Shown: positions 24,333-33,632 of the stretch, in pieces
Layout of the letters: each line of letters starts with the position of its first letter
Numbering within the stretch: the first letter of the stretch is position 1
Program-made: the position numbers and the translations under genes
NCBI GenBank assembly: GCA_016190945.1
Contig: JACPPO010000088.1
Coordinates: 1 to 56,419, forward strand
DNA length: 56,419 nt
Reading direction: 5' to 3'
Origin: Acidobacteriota bacterium
GTDB lineage: Bacteria; Acidobacteriota; Vicinamibacteria; Vicinamibacterales; UBA2999
The notes under the pieces: generated by a model
Told to the model about the DNA's origin: nothing
Seen by the model: only the letters and a program-made list of their open reading frames with translations
Databases searched by the model: none

Positions 24333-26501
24333 ATGATCCGGTTCGAGACGCTGCTTGAAAAAGTGCGGAGCTACAGCCCGGAAGCAGACCTGGAGCTCCT
24401 GCGCCGGGCGTACGTGTTTTCCGCCTTGGAGCACAAAGGGCAGGTGCGCCATTCGGGCGAGCCGTATCTCGTTCATCCGCTCAAGGTTGCGGACTTTCTG
24501 GCCGATATGAAGCTGGACGTTGTGGCCGTGGCCGCGGGCCTCCTCCACGACGTCGTCGAGGACACGCTGACCACCCCGGAGCGCATCGCCGAGCTCTTCG
24601 GCCCGGAGGTCGCGCACGTGGTGGAGGGCGTCACGAAGATCGGCGCCATTCCCTTTTCGTCGAGCGAGGAGCGCCAGGCGGAGAACTTCCGCAAGATGCT
24701 CCTCGCGATGGTGGATGACATCCGGGTCATCCTCGTCAAGCTCGCCGACCGCCTTCACAACATGCGGACGCTCCATCACCTGCCCGAGGAGCGCCGGACA
24801 ATGATCGCCCAGGAGACGCTCGACATCTACGCCCCGATTGCGAACCGGCTCGGGATGAGCAAGGTCAAGAACGAGCTCGAGGAGCTGTCGTTCCGCCACC
24901 TCGAGCCGGAGGCGTACGAGGCGCTCCGGTCGAAGGTTGAAGGCAAACGGAAGTTCGCGGAGGGCGTGATCGAGGAGCTGACCCGGACGATCCGCGCCAA
25001 GCTGGAAGACGCGCAGGTCCCGATCCTTCATCTCGACGGACGGATCAAGCGTCTCTACAGCATTCACCTGAAGCTGAAGCGCCAGAAGATCGAGCTCGAG
25101 CGGGTGTACGACTTCGTGGCCCTGCGCGTGACCACGCAGTCGGTCAAGGACTGCTACGCGGCGCTCGGCATCATCCACCAGACGTGGTCACCAGTGCCCG
25201 GACGGATCAAGGACTTCATCGCGATGCCGCGCCCGAACGGGTATCAGTCGCTGCACACGTCGGTCATCAGCGAGCATGGTTTTCCATTCGAGGTCCAGAT
25301 CCGCACCGAGGAGATGCACCGGCGCGCCGAAGAAGGCATTGCGGCGCACTGGAAGTACAAGGAAGGCCGCGTCGGCGATCGTCGCGATGAGCGGTATTTT
25401 CAGTGGATGCGCCAGCTGCTGGAGCTCCAGCAGGAGGTCCGCGATCCGCAGGAGTTCCTCCGGAACCTCAAGATCGATCTGTATCCGGAAGAGGTCTACA
25501 TCTTCACGCCCAAGGGCGAGGTCAAGTCGCTGCCGCGAGGCGCGACGGCCGTGGACTTCGCGTACAGCGTGCACACGGACGTCGGCAACCAGTGTGTCGG
25601 AGCGCGCATCAACGGCAAGATGGTCCCCTTGCGGACGCGGCTTCAGAACGGTGACATTGTCATGATCGTTACGCAGGCCGGCCACAGGCCGAGCCGCGAC
25701 TGGTTGACGTTTGTCGCGACCGCTCGCGCACGGAGCAAGATTCGGCACGTACTGCAGGGCGCGGAGCGCGCGGGCAGCATCGAGCTTGGTCGGCGCCTGT
25801 TCGAGAAGGAAGCGCGGCGTTTCGGCCTGAATCCCAAGACAATCCTGGAGAGCGAGGCACTCGCGAAGTTCGCCTCCGAATACGGCGCGCAGAAGGCCGA
25901 CGAGCTGCTGGCGCACATCGGCTACGGCAAGCTGTCGGCGCGGACCGTGCTGCAGAAGGCGGTGCCCGCCGGCCTGCTCAAGGAGAGGGCGCCCGAGTCC
26001 GGCGTGGTGTCGGCGGTCAAGCGCGTGCTGCGATCAGGTGCCGCCGGGGACCGGATCAAGGTCCGCGGGACCGACGACGTGATGGTATTCCGGGCAAAAT
26101 GCTGCAACCCAATCCGCGGCGAACCAATCCTGGGCTACATCACGCGCGGGAAGGGCGTCTCCGTGCATTCGGCCAGCTGTTCGAACGTGCTCAAGCTGAT
26201 GTTCGACCCGGAGCGGCGCATCGATGTCGAATGGGACCGCGACAGCGGCGATCAGGCGCCGTATACCGTGCGCCTCACGATGCAGGTTGAAGACCGCAAG
26301 GGCATGTTGGCCGAGATCAGCGCGAAGATCTCGGACATCAACACCAACATCACCAACATGGAAGCCCGCTCAGGGAGCGACCACCATGCCCGCATCGATA
26401 TGACAGTGGAGATCAGGGACCTGAAACACCTTGAGAAGGTGATCAAGTCGATCAGGGCGGTCGAGGGCGTGCTGGCGGTGGAGAGAACCGCGCGCGCCTA
26501 G
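24333..26501 (+). CDS. relA: Bifunctional (p)ppGpp synthetase/hydrolase
   Basis: HD domain (HSGEPYLVHPLKVA...HDVVED), RelA/SpoT synthetase domain, and TGS and ACT domains. Confidence 0.92.
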   Translation: MIRFETLLEKVRSYSPEADLELLRRAYVFSALEHKGQVRHSGEPYLVHPLKVADFLADMKLDVVAVAAGLLHDVVEDTLTTPERIAELFGPEVAHVVEGVTKIGAIPFSSSEERQAENFRKMLLAMVDDIRVILVKLADRLHNMRTLHHLPEERRTMIAQETLDIYAPIANRLGMSKVKNELEELSFRHLEPEAYEALRSKVEGKRKFAEGVIEELTRTIRAKLEDAQVPILHLDGRIKRLYSIHLKLKRQKIELERVYDFVALRVTTQSVKDCYAALGIIHQTWSPVPGRIKDFIAMPRPNGYQSLHTSVISEHGFPFEVQIRTEEMHRRAEEGIAAHWKYKEGRVGDRRDERYFQWMRQLLELQQEVRDPQEFLRNLKIDLYPEEVYIFTPKGEVKSLPRGATAVDFAYSVHTDVGNQCVGARINGKMVPLRTRLQNGDIVMIVTQAGHRPSRDWLTFVATARARSKIRHVLQGAERAGSIELGRRLFEKEARRFGLNPKTILESEALAKFASEYGAQKADELLAHIGYGKLSARTVLQKAVPAGLLKERAPESGVVSAVKRVLRSGAAGDRIKVRGTDDVMVFRAKCCNPIRGEPILGYITRGKGVSVHSASCSNVLKLMFDPERRIDVEWDRDSGDQAPYTVRLTMQVEDRKGMLAEISAKISDINTNITNMEARSGSDHHARIDMTVEIRDLKHLEKVIKSIRAVEGVLAVERTARA

Positions 26502-26878
26502 GGGATCAGTGCGATGGCGTCGATTTCCACGCGCACATCCCGTGGAAGTCGCGCTACCTGCACCGTGGCGCGGGCCGGCGGCGGATCCACGACAAACTTC
26601 GCGTAGCACTCGTTCATCGCCGCGAACTCGTTCATGTCCGCCAGGAACACCGTGGTTCGAACCACGTCCTCGAAGCCGGTGCCCGCCGCTTCAAGCAATG
26701 CGGCGATGTTCCGCATCACCTGTTCGGTCTGCGCGGTGATGCCGCCGTCAACGAGTGCGCCGCTGGCCGGATCGATCGGGATCTGGCCTGAGAGGAACAG
26801 GAGGTTACCCGCGCGGATGGCGGGCGAGTACGGGCCAATCGCTTTGGACGCCCCGGGGGCGGCGATCGCCTGCCGCAC
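26498..26878 (-). CDS. ridA: RidA/YjgF family reactive-intermediate deaminase
   Basis: GPYSPAI...LFLSGQIP...RVEIDAIA. Confidence 0.88.
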   Translation of the reverse strand: MRQAIAAPGASKAIGPYSPAIRAGNLLFLSGQIPIDPASGALVDGGITAQTEQVMRNIAALLEAAGTGFEDVVRTTVFLADMNEFAAMNECYAKFVVDPPPARATVQVARLPRDVRVEIDAIALIP

Positions 26879-26879
26879 G

Positions 26880-27071
26880 TCAGGCGGCCTTTGTCACCTT
26901 GCCACCGCGGAGGCACCGGGTGCACACGCGGATCCGCTTGGCGGCGCCGTTGATGAAGGCCCGCACCGACTGCAGGTTGGGCTCGAATCGGCGAGGCCCG
27001 ACGTTGTGGGCGTGAGACACCGTTCGGCCGACCACAGGGCCCTTACCGCAGACTTCGCACCGTCTTGCCAT
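26880..27071 (-). CDS. rpmB: 50S ribosomal protein L28
   Basis: [23 protein letters not shown].... Start re-set to ATG 27071. Confidence 0.9.
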   Translation of the reverse strand: MARRCEVCGKGPVVGRTVSHAHNVGPRRFEPNLQSVRAFINGAAKRIRVCTRCLRGGKVTKAA

Positions 27072-27094
27072 GATTGCCTTTCTAATGATAAACC

Positions 27095-27167
27095 GTGGGC
27101 CGAAAGTCAAAGGTCGGAGGTCAACCTCGCGTCCCGGGCAGGATTTGCCTCTTGACCTTTGACCCAC
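27095..27167. repeat. Heptad-word hairpin upstream of rpmB (GTCAAAG GTCGGAG GTCAACC / TTGCCTC TTGACCT TTGACCC)
   Basis: A perfect 10-bp stem, GTCAAAGGTC (27106-27115) with GACCTTTGAC (27154-27163), plus an outer GTGGG/CCCAC pair. Confidence 0.85.
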
Positions 27168-27191
27168 GAGAAACGATTCAGCATAACAGGT

Positions 27192-27830
27192 TCACGGCAG
27201 GATCAGCGCGCGGGCCGGCGCCGCCTCGGCCGGCGCGTGCCGTGCCGCGTTGACCTGAAGCAGCCGGGCAATCAGGTCCACGTACGCGGCGTCGCCCTCA
27301 TCGGGCGCCTTGACCTCCCTCGCGCCCTGTTCGATGGCTCTGAGCACGATTGCTGTCTCGCGGTCGTAGACGGCTGCCCCCTGCTCCCGCATCCGCGCCA
27401 GCATCGTCTTCATTTCCGCCGAGAGGGCCTGCGCCGGCGGCGCCGGCGGCATCTGCTCGTAAATCACGCCACGCGCCGCGGTCTCGAGCGTGGCCGCCAG
27501 CGCGGCGGCAGCCTCGGCAATGTCGCTGTCGACGAGCCGTGTGAGCCCCTGTGGCTTGTGTCGCGCAATCACCGTGTGAAACAGAAAGAAGAGCTGATAC
27601 TGCCGTTCGGTGAGGTGGCGGATCGTCGGCAGCAGCCGCGAGACATCGCGCTCCTGGCGCCGTCGCACGACGGCCGCAGGGTGTTCCCGTGCCGAGGCGA
27701 GGTACCCGCAATCGCCCGGGCATTGGATCTCAACAAGGCGCTTCCTGCCGCAACACACCGGACAGATGCTTTGGGCGAGCGCGGGGCACTGGCGACGAGG
27801 ATTACGCTGGCCGCAGGAAGGGCAGAGCAT
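27192..27830 (-). CDS. Cys-rich (putative zinc-binding) protein of unknown function
   Basis: The N-terminus MLCPSCGQRNPRRQCPALAQSICPVCCGRKRLVEIQCPGDCGY has 9 Cys in 41 aa. The rest is helical with no family I recognise. Confidence 0.55.
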   Translation of the reverse strand: MLCPSCGQRNPRRQCPALAQSICPVCCGRKRLVEIQCPGDCGYLASAREHPAAVVRRRQERDVSRLLPTIRHLTERQYQLFFLFHTVIARHKPQGLTRLVDSDIAEAAAALAATLETAARGVIYEQMPPAPPAQALSAEMKTMLARMREQGAAVYDRETAIVLRAIEQGAREVKAPDEGDAAYVDLIARLLQVNAARHAPAEAAPARALILP

Positions 27831-27872
27831 TCCTCAGCTTCGCACACGCGCCGGCGCCGGCAACGATTGCCG

Positions 27873-27901
27873 TTGTCGCGATCGCAAAAAACCCGTATAA
27901 T
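27873..27901 (+). promoter_or_regulatory. Sigma70-like promoter candidate TTGTCG-17-TATAAT
   Basis: Read directly, upstream of the 27990 gene (GGGAGG RBS). Confidence 0.45.
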
Positions 27902-27989
27902 CCCGCCGAATTTCGCATAGTTTGGCTGGACTAGGCTTTGCAATTTCACCTGCTGTCAGGCCGAGTGCCTGCAGTTTGACAGGGAGGCT

Positions 27990-28577
27990 ATGGCCGAATC
28001 GCTTGTTCACAACGCATCGCCGGTCGAATACTTCCGCGAGCTCGTCGACTCCGCCATGCGGCGTCAGCATCTGTCCACGCGTCAGCTGACATCATTCTAT
28101 CTGGTGAACCTGCTCGCCGGCTTCGTGCACTTCGACCGTTCGCCGGCCTCTGGCGACGATGGGCCGCTTGGCGTGCGGTTCGTGAAGGCACTACAGGAAG
28201 CAGGCGTCAGGCAGCGCGACGAGCTCCGCCAAGTGGGCGATTTGTCGCTTTTCATCTCCGGATTCTTCGCTGACAGTCTCACGCGCAGCCTCGTGGACAT
28301 CGACTATTACATTCAACTCGGGGAGCACGCGTACGGGTCACTGGCCCGCCAGGGCGACGGGACGTTTGGCGACGTGTTCGACGAGCTCTCGGGGAAGTTC
28401 CCGGCGTTTGTCGACGTGCTGGGAGAAGTCAGCGAGCGAAGCGCGCTGACCTCGAACGCAGACCTGCTGCGCCTCTACGAGAGGTGGCTGCGTACCAGGA
28501 GCCGCAGGAGTGGGGATCTACTAGCGTCGCGGGGAATTGTGCCCAACGCCTCCGTCGGGAGCCGATTTGTTCAGTAA
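27990..28577 (+). CDS. Hypothetical protein (all-helical, no recognised family)
   Basis: 195-aa ORF with a good RBS and typical high-GC codon usage. Confidence 0.55.
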   Translation: MAESLVHNASPVEYFRELVDSAMRRQHLSTRQLTSFYLVNLLAGFVHFDRSPASGDDGPLGVRFVKALQEAGVRQRDELRQVGDLSLFISGFFADSLTRSLVDIDYYIQLGEHAYGSLARQGDGTFGDVFDELSGKFPAFVDVLGEVSERSALTSNADLLRLYERWLRTRSRRSGDLLASRGIVPNASVGSRFVQ

Positions 28578-28602
28578 TCAGCGAGAAAATGGGAAGAACG
28601 CT

Positions 28603-28630
28603 GAAAATTCGACAGGTTGTCTATTTTTTC
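28603..28630 (+). terminator. Weak AT-rich hairpin plus T6 after the 27990 gene
   Basis: GAAAA-TTC-GACA-GGT-TGTC-TAT-TTTTTC. The stem is short and imperfect. Confidence 0.3.
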
Positions 28631-28984
28631 GTCAAGTCTCAGCAAGTAGCCGAATATGACGGGCCCCAATGCCGATCGCTCCGCTCCAGGCTGTGGGCGA
28701 GCGGGTACTCGTGCTATTGCCGATGCCGAGCAGACCTAACAAACCCATTTATATCTGCGGTTTAGACGATTGAGCGACCGAATTGGCCGGTGCCTCCTGC
28801 TGGCTGGGTGCCGGTGCCCTTCAGCTAAGTGTCACGATCTCATTTTAGGCCGGGCGATCGCTGAGGCTATCGCGCCATAGCTGGTCAGTTTTACCGTCCT
28901 TTCAGCAGGACATAAAGGATTCCGAACCCGATTGAGCACTCCAGCGTCTAGTCCGTGAGTCCGGATACGCGTGAAGCTTTCCGG

Positions 28985-29015
28985 TTGACATATTCCATTA
29001 ACTTATAGATAAAAT
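28985..29015 (+). promoter_or_regulatory. AT-rich promoter-like block (TTGACA ... TAGATAAAAT)
   Basis: Perfect TTGACA at 28985-28990. Several overlapping -10-like hexamers lie 13-19 nt downstream, so the spacing is ambiguous. Confidence 0.4.
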
Positions 29016-29173
29016 AGTAGTTAAAGGCAGAAACGGCCGCTCTACTCATACCCAGGATTGATGCGGCGACCCCGAAAGCCGCACTTGGATTCAAGGAGGC
29101 ATCGTAATTGCACAGGTGATGCGGTCATAACGGTTACCCGGGTAAGAGTGGCGTGGAAGGAGCGGCAGGCATC

Positions 29174-29623
29174 ATGGCGACGACGAAGAGTACGAAGGCA
29201 TCGGCAAGGTCGACCCGTTACAACGAGCTCAGGCAGATGCTCGAGGACCGCCGCCGCGAGTTGATGAACGAGGTGCAGGGCCGGATTCGCGACGTTCGGG
29301 CCGATGGCGGCAAGGATCGAGAGGTTCTCGATCAGGGTGAGAGCTCCGAAGTCGACATCCAGGAAGATATCGAGTTCGCCCTCATCCAGATGAAGTCGGA
29401 GACGCTCAACAAGATCAACGAGGCCCTCCGGCGGCTCGAGGACGGCAGCTACGGCAACTGCTTCGAGTGCGACGAGGAAATCGCCGAGGCTCGGCTGCGG
29501 GCGCTGCCGTTCGCCGTCCGATGCAAGGATTGCGAAGAGGCGCGGGAAACTGCGGAGCAGCGCGAGCGAATGATGGCGCACAAACGCGGTTCGTCGACGC
29601 TCTTCTTCGACATGCCAAGTTAA
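29174..29623 (+). CDS. dksA: DksA/TraR family C4 zinc-finger protein
   Basis: Coiled-coil region plus CFECDEEI-x17-CKDC. Start re-set to ATG 29174, with GGAAGGAG upstream. Confidence 0.8.
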   Translation: MATTKSTKASARSTRYNELRQMLEDRRRELMNEVQGRIRDVRADGGKDREVLDQGESSEVDIQEDIEFALIQMKSETLNKINEALRRLEDGSYGNCFECDEEIAEARLRALPFAVRCKDCEEARETAEQRERMMAHKRGSSTLFFDMPS

Positions 29624-29666
29624 CTGTTCGGGTCGTTCGAACCGTTCGGTGCGTGGCTCTTTCGCA

Positions 29667-29697
29667 GGGCGGCCCTCCCAGGCCGCCCTTTCTCTTT
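29667..29697 (+). terminator. Intrinsic terminator after the dksA-like gene
   Basis: GGGCGGCC-CTCCCA-GGCCGCCC followed by TTTCTCTTT. Confidence 0.65.
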
Positions 29698-29708
29698 CCA
29701 GGTGACAC

Positions 29709-32147
29709 ATGAGCGAACGCGACGAGGCGATGGATCTTCAGGAGGTATCGTTGGGCGACCGGCCGCGTGCCATTCCCGCCGAGCTTCCGATTCTTCCGCT
29801 GCGCGACACCGTCCTCTTTCCCAACTCGTTCATGCCACTCGCGGTGGCGAGGGAGAGCTCCGTGCGGCTGATCGATGAGGCGATTTCCAGCGGTTCGCTG
29901 ATTGGAGTCTTCACCCAACGCGACGCCTCCGTCGAGGAACCACAGCAGGACGACCTGTACCGCGTGGGGACGGCGAGCCACATCCACAAGATGTTCAAGC
30001 TGCCGGACGGAAGTCTGCGCCTGATCGTTCAGGGCCTCTCGCGGCTGACGCTCGAGCAGGTGACCGACACGCGGCCGTACCTGCGGGCCCGCGTGAGCGC
30101 CGCGGCCGAGGCCACCAACGAGGCCGACCATCTCGAGGTCGACGCGCTCCTGCGCAACATCAAGACGAATTTTCAGCAGGTCGTCTCGCTCTCACCCCTG
30201 CTCTCCAACGATCTGCAGACGCTGGCCACCAGTATCGCCGAGCCTGGCCGGCTGACTGACTTCATCGCCTCGAGCCTCACCACCATCGCCACGTCCGTCA
30301 AGCAGGAGGTGCTCGAGACGCTCGACGTGCGCACGCGCATGGACACCCTGAACCGTATTTTGGTCAAGGAACTCGAGGTCCTGGAACTCGGGTCCAGGAT
30401 TCAGTCGCAGGTGCAGTCCGAAGTTGGCAAGAACCAGCGCGAATATTTCCTTCGCGAGCAGATGAAGGCGATCCAGAAGGAGCTTGGCGAGGGCGACGAC
30501 CAGACAAGGGACGTGGAGGAGCTGCAGCAGAAGATCGACGCCGCGGGCATGCCCGATGCCGTGAAAAAGGAAGCGCTGCGCGAGCTCGATCGGCTGTCCA
30601 AGATGCCCGTGGCGGCGGCCGAGTACACAGTGTCCCGGACGTATCTGGACTGGCTGATCACCCTGCCGTGGCAGAAACGGACGGATGAAGTCATCGACCT
30701 GCCGAAGGCCAAGGCGGTGCTCGATGCCGATCACACCGGGCTGGCCAAGGCCAAGGACCGCATTCTCGAATACCTGGCGGTGCGCAAGCTAAACCCCGGC
30801 GTGAAGGGCCCCATACTGTGCTTCGTTGGCCCGCCTGGCGCCGGCAAGACCTCCCTTGCGCGATCGATCGCGCAATCACTCGGCCGGAAGTTCGTCCGGG
30901 TGTCGCTGGGTGGCATGCGCGACGAGGCCGAGATCCGCGGACATCGCCGCACCTACATCGGTGCGCTCCCTGGCCAAATCGTGCAGGGCCTGCGCCGGGC
31001 GGAGTCGAAGAACCCGGTTTTCATCCTCGACGAGATCGACAAGCTCGGCTCCGATTTCCGCGGGGATCCGGCGTCAGCGCTGCTGGAGGTCCTGGATCCC
31101 GAGCAGAACTCGACGTTCAGGGACCACTACCTCGACGTGCCGTTCGACCTGTCGGAGGTGCTGTTCATTACCACCGCGAACGTCCTCGACCCGGTACCGC
31201 CCGCGCTTCGCGATCGGATGGAGGTGCTCGAGATCCCCGGATACACGGAGGAAGAGAAGCTGGCGATCGCGCGCGAGCACCTGGTGGAGAAGCAGGTCAC
31301 GAACCACGGCCTGACTCCCGATCAGTTCACGATTACCGACGCCGCGCTGAGCGCGGTGATTCGCGGGTACACGCGCGAGGCCGGGGTCCGCAATCTCGAG
31401 CGCGAGATCGGCGCGCTGTGCCGCAAAGCGGCCCGCCGCCGCGCGGAAGGCAACCTCGACCCGCTCCTCGTCACGCCGGAGATCGTGGCCGAGATGCGCG
31501 GCGCCCCCATCTTCCTGGACGAGGAGATGGAAGAGCGCACCAAGGAGCCCGGTGTCGCCATCGGCCTGGCCTGGACGCCCGCGGGCGGCGACGTCCTGTT
31601 CGTCGAGGCATCGCGCATGGCGGGCACCGGCACGCTCACGCTGACGGGCCAGCTCGGTGAGGTCATGAAGGAGTCGGCCCGCGCGGCGCTGTCGTGGTTT
31701 CGCGCCCACGCGGCGGCGTACGGCGCCGAGCCGGATTTTTTCAAGAACGCTGAAGTTCATCTGCACGTCCCGGCGGGCGCCATTCCGAAAGACGGCCCTT
31801 CGGCAGGCGTGACCATCGCCACGGCGCTCGCATCCGAACTGACCGGACGGCCCGTGCGCGGCGATATTGCAATGACGGGAGAAATTACGCTCTCGGGCCG
31901 CGTGCTGCCGGTGGGCGGCATCAAGGAAAAGGTGCTTGCGGCCCGGCGCGCGGGCATCCGCGAAGTCATCCTGCCGAGGCAGAACGAGAAGAACGTCAAG
32001 GAGGATTTGACGGAAGCACTGCGGCGCGAGTTGACATTCCACTTCGTCCAGAGCGTGCACGAGGTACTGCTCCTGGCCCTGATGCCTGGGCCACAGGCGT
32101 CAGGTGTCAAGAAGACTGATCGCCGCGTGCAGCCGCGGGTTCAGTGA
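29709..32147 (+). CDS. lon: ATP-dependent Lon protease
   Basis: LON N-domain, Walker [10 protein letters not shown] and catalytic PKDGPSAG. Confidence 0.95.
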   Translation: MSERDEAMDLQEVSLGDRPRAIPAELPILPLRDTVLFPNSFMPLAVARESSVRLIDEAISSGSLIGVFTQRDASVEEPQQDDLYRVGTASHIHKMFKLPDGSLRLIVQGLSRLTLEQVTDTRPYLRARVSAAAEATNEADHLEVDALLRNIKTNFQQVVSLSPLLSNDLQTLATSIAEPGRLTDFIASSLTTIATSVKQEVLETLDVRTRMDTLNRILVKELEVLELGSRIQSQVQSEVGKNQREYFLREQMKAIQKELGEGDDQTRDVEELQQKIDAAGMPDAVKKEALRELDRLSKMPVAAAEYTVSRTYLDWLITLPWQKRTDEVIDLPKAKAVLDADHTGLAKAKDRILEYLAVRKLNPGVKGPILCFVGPPGAGKTSLARSIAQSLGRKFVRVSLGGMRDEAEIRGHRRTYIGALPGQIVQGLRRAESKNPVFILDEIDKLGSDFRGDPASALLEVLDPEQNSTFRDHYLDVPFDLSEVLFITTANVLDPVPPALRDRMEVLEIPGYTEEEKLAIAREHLVEKQVTNHGLTPDQFTITDAALSAVIRGYTREAGVRNLEREIGALCRKAARRRAEGNLDPLLVTPEIVAEMRGAPIFLDEEMEERTKEPGVAIGLAWTPAGGDVLFVEASRMAGTGTLTLTGQLGEVMKESARAALSWFRAHAAAYGAEPDFFKNAEVHLHVPAGAIPKDGPSAGVTIATALASELTGRPVRGDIAMTGEITLSGRVLPVGGIKEKVLAARRAGIREVILPRQNEKNVKEDLTEALRRELTFHFVQSVHEVLLLALMPGPQASGVKKTDRRVQPRVQ

Positions 32148-32689
32148 CCTTTGACCTCCAGCAACAGCAGCCCCGCGACGGTCTTCAGGTCGACGATCTG
32201 CCCCGAACCGATCATCTGTCGTATCGCCTCGACTGAGAACGCCCTGGCTTCGATGTCCTCGTCCTCATCCTGCTGGGCGGCGGAATCCTCATCCGTCGGT
32301 GCACGCAAGCCTGTCGCGCGATAAAAACTCATCTCCTCGTCGCAGTAGCCCGGCGTAGGAAAGAACGCGCCGAGGCGCTCCACGGCGGAAGGGATCAGAC
32401 CGATCTCTTCGTGACATTCACGCACGGCGGCCGCTCGCGGATCTTCTCCCTGTTTGAGGCTCCCCGCCGGTAGTTCCCACGCCGACCGACCAATCGCGTG
32501 GCGGTACTGTCGGACGAGCACGATCTCTCCGCTGTCGGTCGTCGGGATCAGCACGACCGAACCAGGATGGCGGACGATCTCCGCCTCGAGCCGGGCGCCG
32601 CTCGACAGCGTGATCGACTCCACAGTGACGGCAAGAATCCGCCCCTCGAAGACCTTGCGGATCCGATGCGGCACAATCGGCTTATTCAT
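32141..32689 (-). CDS. NUDIX hydrolase (ADP-ribose pyrophosphatase-like)
   Basis: Nudix box GSLKQGEDPRAAAVRECHEEIG. Start re-set to ATG 32689 (ATGAATAA overlap with rluD). The 3' end overlaps the lon stop by 7 nt. Confidence 0.8.
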   Translation of the reverse strand: MNKPIVPHRIRKVFEGRILAVTVESITLSSGARLEAEIVRHPGSVVLIPTTDSGEIVLVRQYRHAIGRSAWELPAGSLKQGEDPRAAAVRECHEEIGLIPSAVERLGAFFPTPGYCDEEMSFYRATGLRAPTDEDSAAQQDEDEDIEARAFSVEAIRQMIGSGQIVDLKTVAGLLLLEVKGH

Positions 32690-33629
32690 CTTTCTTCCAC
32701 CCCGGTAGGTCGTCGAGGACGCGCTGCAGGTCCTCCGGCAACGGGGCGATGAACTCCATCCGTCGAGCATCGCGCGGATGGTTGAACACGAGCCGGGCCG
32801 CGTGCAGGAACGGCCGCTCGAGATGCTGCACCGCGCGGAGATCACCGGGGACGCGGCGGCGTACGCCTCCGTACATCGAGTCACCGACGATCGGATGGCC
32901 GATGGCACTTAGATGAACCCGAATCTGGTGGGTACGACCCGTGTGAATGGCCACCTGGCACAACGTGACACCCGGCAGGTGACGCGCTCGGGTGATCCGG
33001 GTCACGGCGTCGCGCGCGCGCCTGGCGCGGGCGGACATTTTCTGCCGATTCACCGGATCGCGTCCGATGGCCGCATCAATACGCCGGCCCGCCTGCACGA
33101 CCCCCCAGACGAGCGCGATGTACTCCTTCTCCACCTCGCGGTCCTGAAACTGTCGCGAGAGCTCCTGGTGCGAGGCGTCGTTCTTGGCGACGACCATCAC
33201 GCCCGACGTGCCGCGATCCAGCCGGTGGACGATGCCGGGTCTCGCCTCACCGCCGATGCCGCTCAGGTCAGGCATGTGATGGAGGAGGGCGTTGACGAGC
33301 GTCCCCGACGCGTGACCCGCCCCCGGATGCACGACCATGCCCCCCGGTTTGTTCAGCACGGCCACGTCCGCGTCCTGGTACAGAATATCGAGCGGCAACG
33401 CTTCGGCGGCCATCTCCGCCGGCGCGAGTTCCGGAAGGTGGATAGTCACGCGTTCACCCTTTCGCATCGCGAGGTTGGCGCGGGCCTCGCGACGTTCGAG
33501 TGTGACGTGACCGTCCGCGATGAGCTTCTGGATCTGCGATCGCGAATGGCTCTCGAGAACGGAAACGAGGAATCGATCGAGCCGCTGCCCGTTGAAATCG
33601 GGCGGAACGGTGAACTCGAGCGGCCGCAC
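32682..33629 (-). CDS. rluD: RluA-family 23S rRNA pseudouridine synthase
   Basis: S4 domain and catalytic HRLDRGTSGVMVVAK. GTG start. Confidence 0.88.
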   Translation of the reverse strand: MRPLEFTVPPDFNGQRLDRFLVSVLESHSRSQIQKLIADGHVTLERREARANLAMRKGERVTIHLPELAPAEMAAEALPLDILYQDADVAVLNKPGGMVVHPGAGHASGTLVNALLHHMPDLSGIGGEARPGIVHRLDRGTSGVMVVAKNDASHQELSRQFQDREVEKEYIALVWGVVQAGRRIDAAIGRDPVNRQKMSARARRARDAVTRITRARHLPGVTLCQVAIHTGRTHQIRVHLSAIGHPIVGDSMYGGVRRRVPGDLRAVQHLERPFLHAARLVFNHPRDARRMEFIAPLPEDLQRVLDDLPGWKKDE

Positions 33630-33632
33630 GGC

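Noticed and set aside
24293-24358. 21-codon upstream ORF (MKMARRTRSNTFLHDPVRDAA) overlapping the relA start
   Set aside because: It has no RBS and nothing can be verified about conservation from here. Such short frames arise by chance.
26498-26501. relA and ridA stops overlap (CTAG). ATGAATAA stop/start junctions are identical at 4645-4652 and 32682-32689
   Set aside because: This is ordinary gene packing in a compact genome, and the identical 8-mer is explained by common codons (GAA TAA / ATG AAT).
28484-28765. 93-aa track ORF crossing the end of the 27990 gene into the GC-poor island
   Set aside because: Its first third overlaps a better-supported gene in another frame. Only the internal 58-codon part is free-standing, and that has atypical codon usage. 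It is kept only as a note inside the island finding.
29624-29666. GTTCGG/GTTCGAAC repeats before lon as a heat-shock operator
   Set aside because: There is no match to CIRCE, HAIR or sigma32-type consensus that I can verify. The palindrome is short and lies upstream of a terminator.
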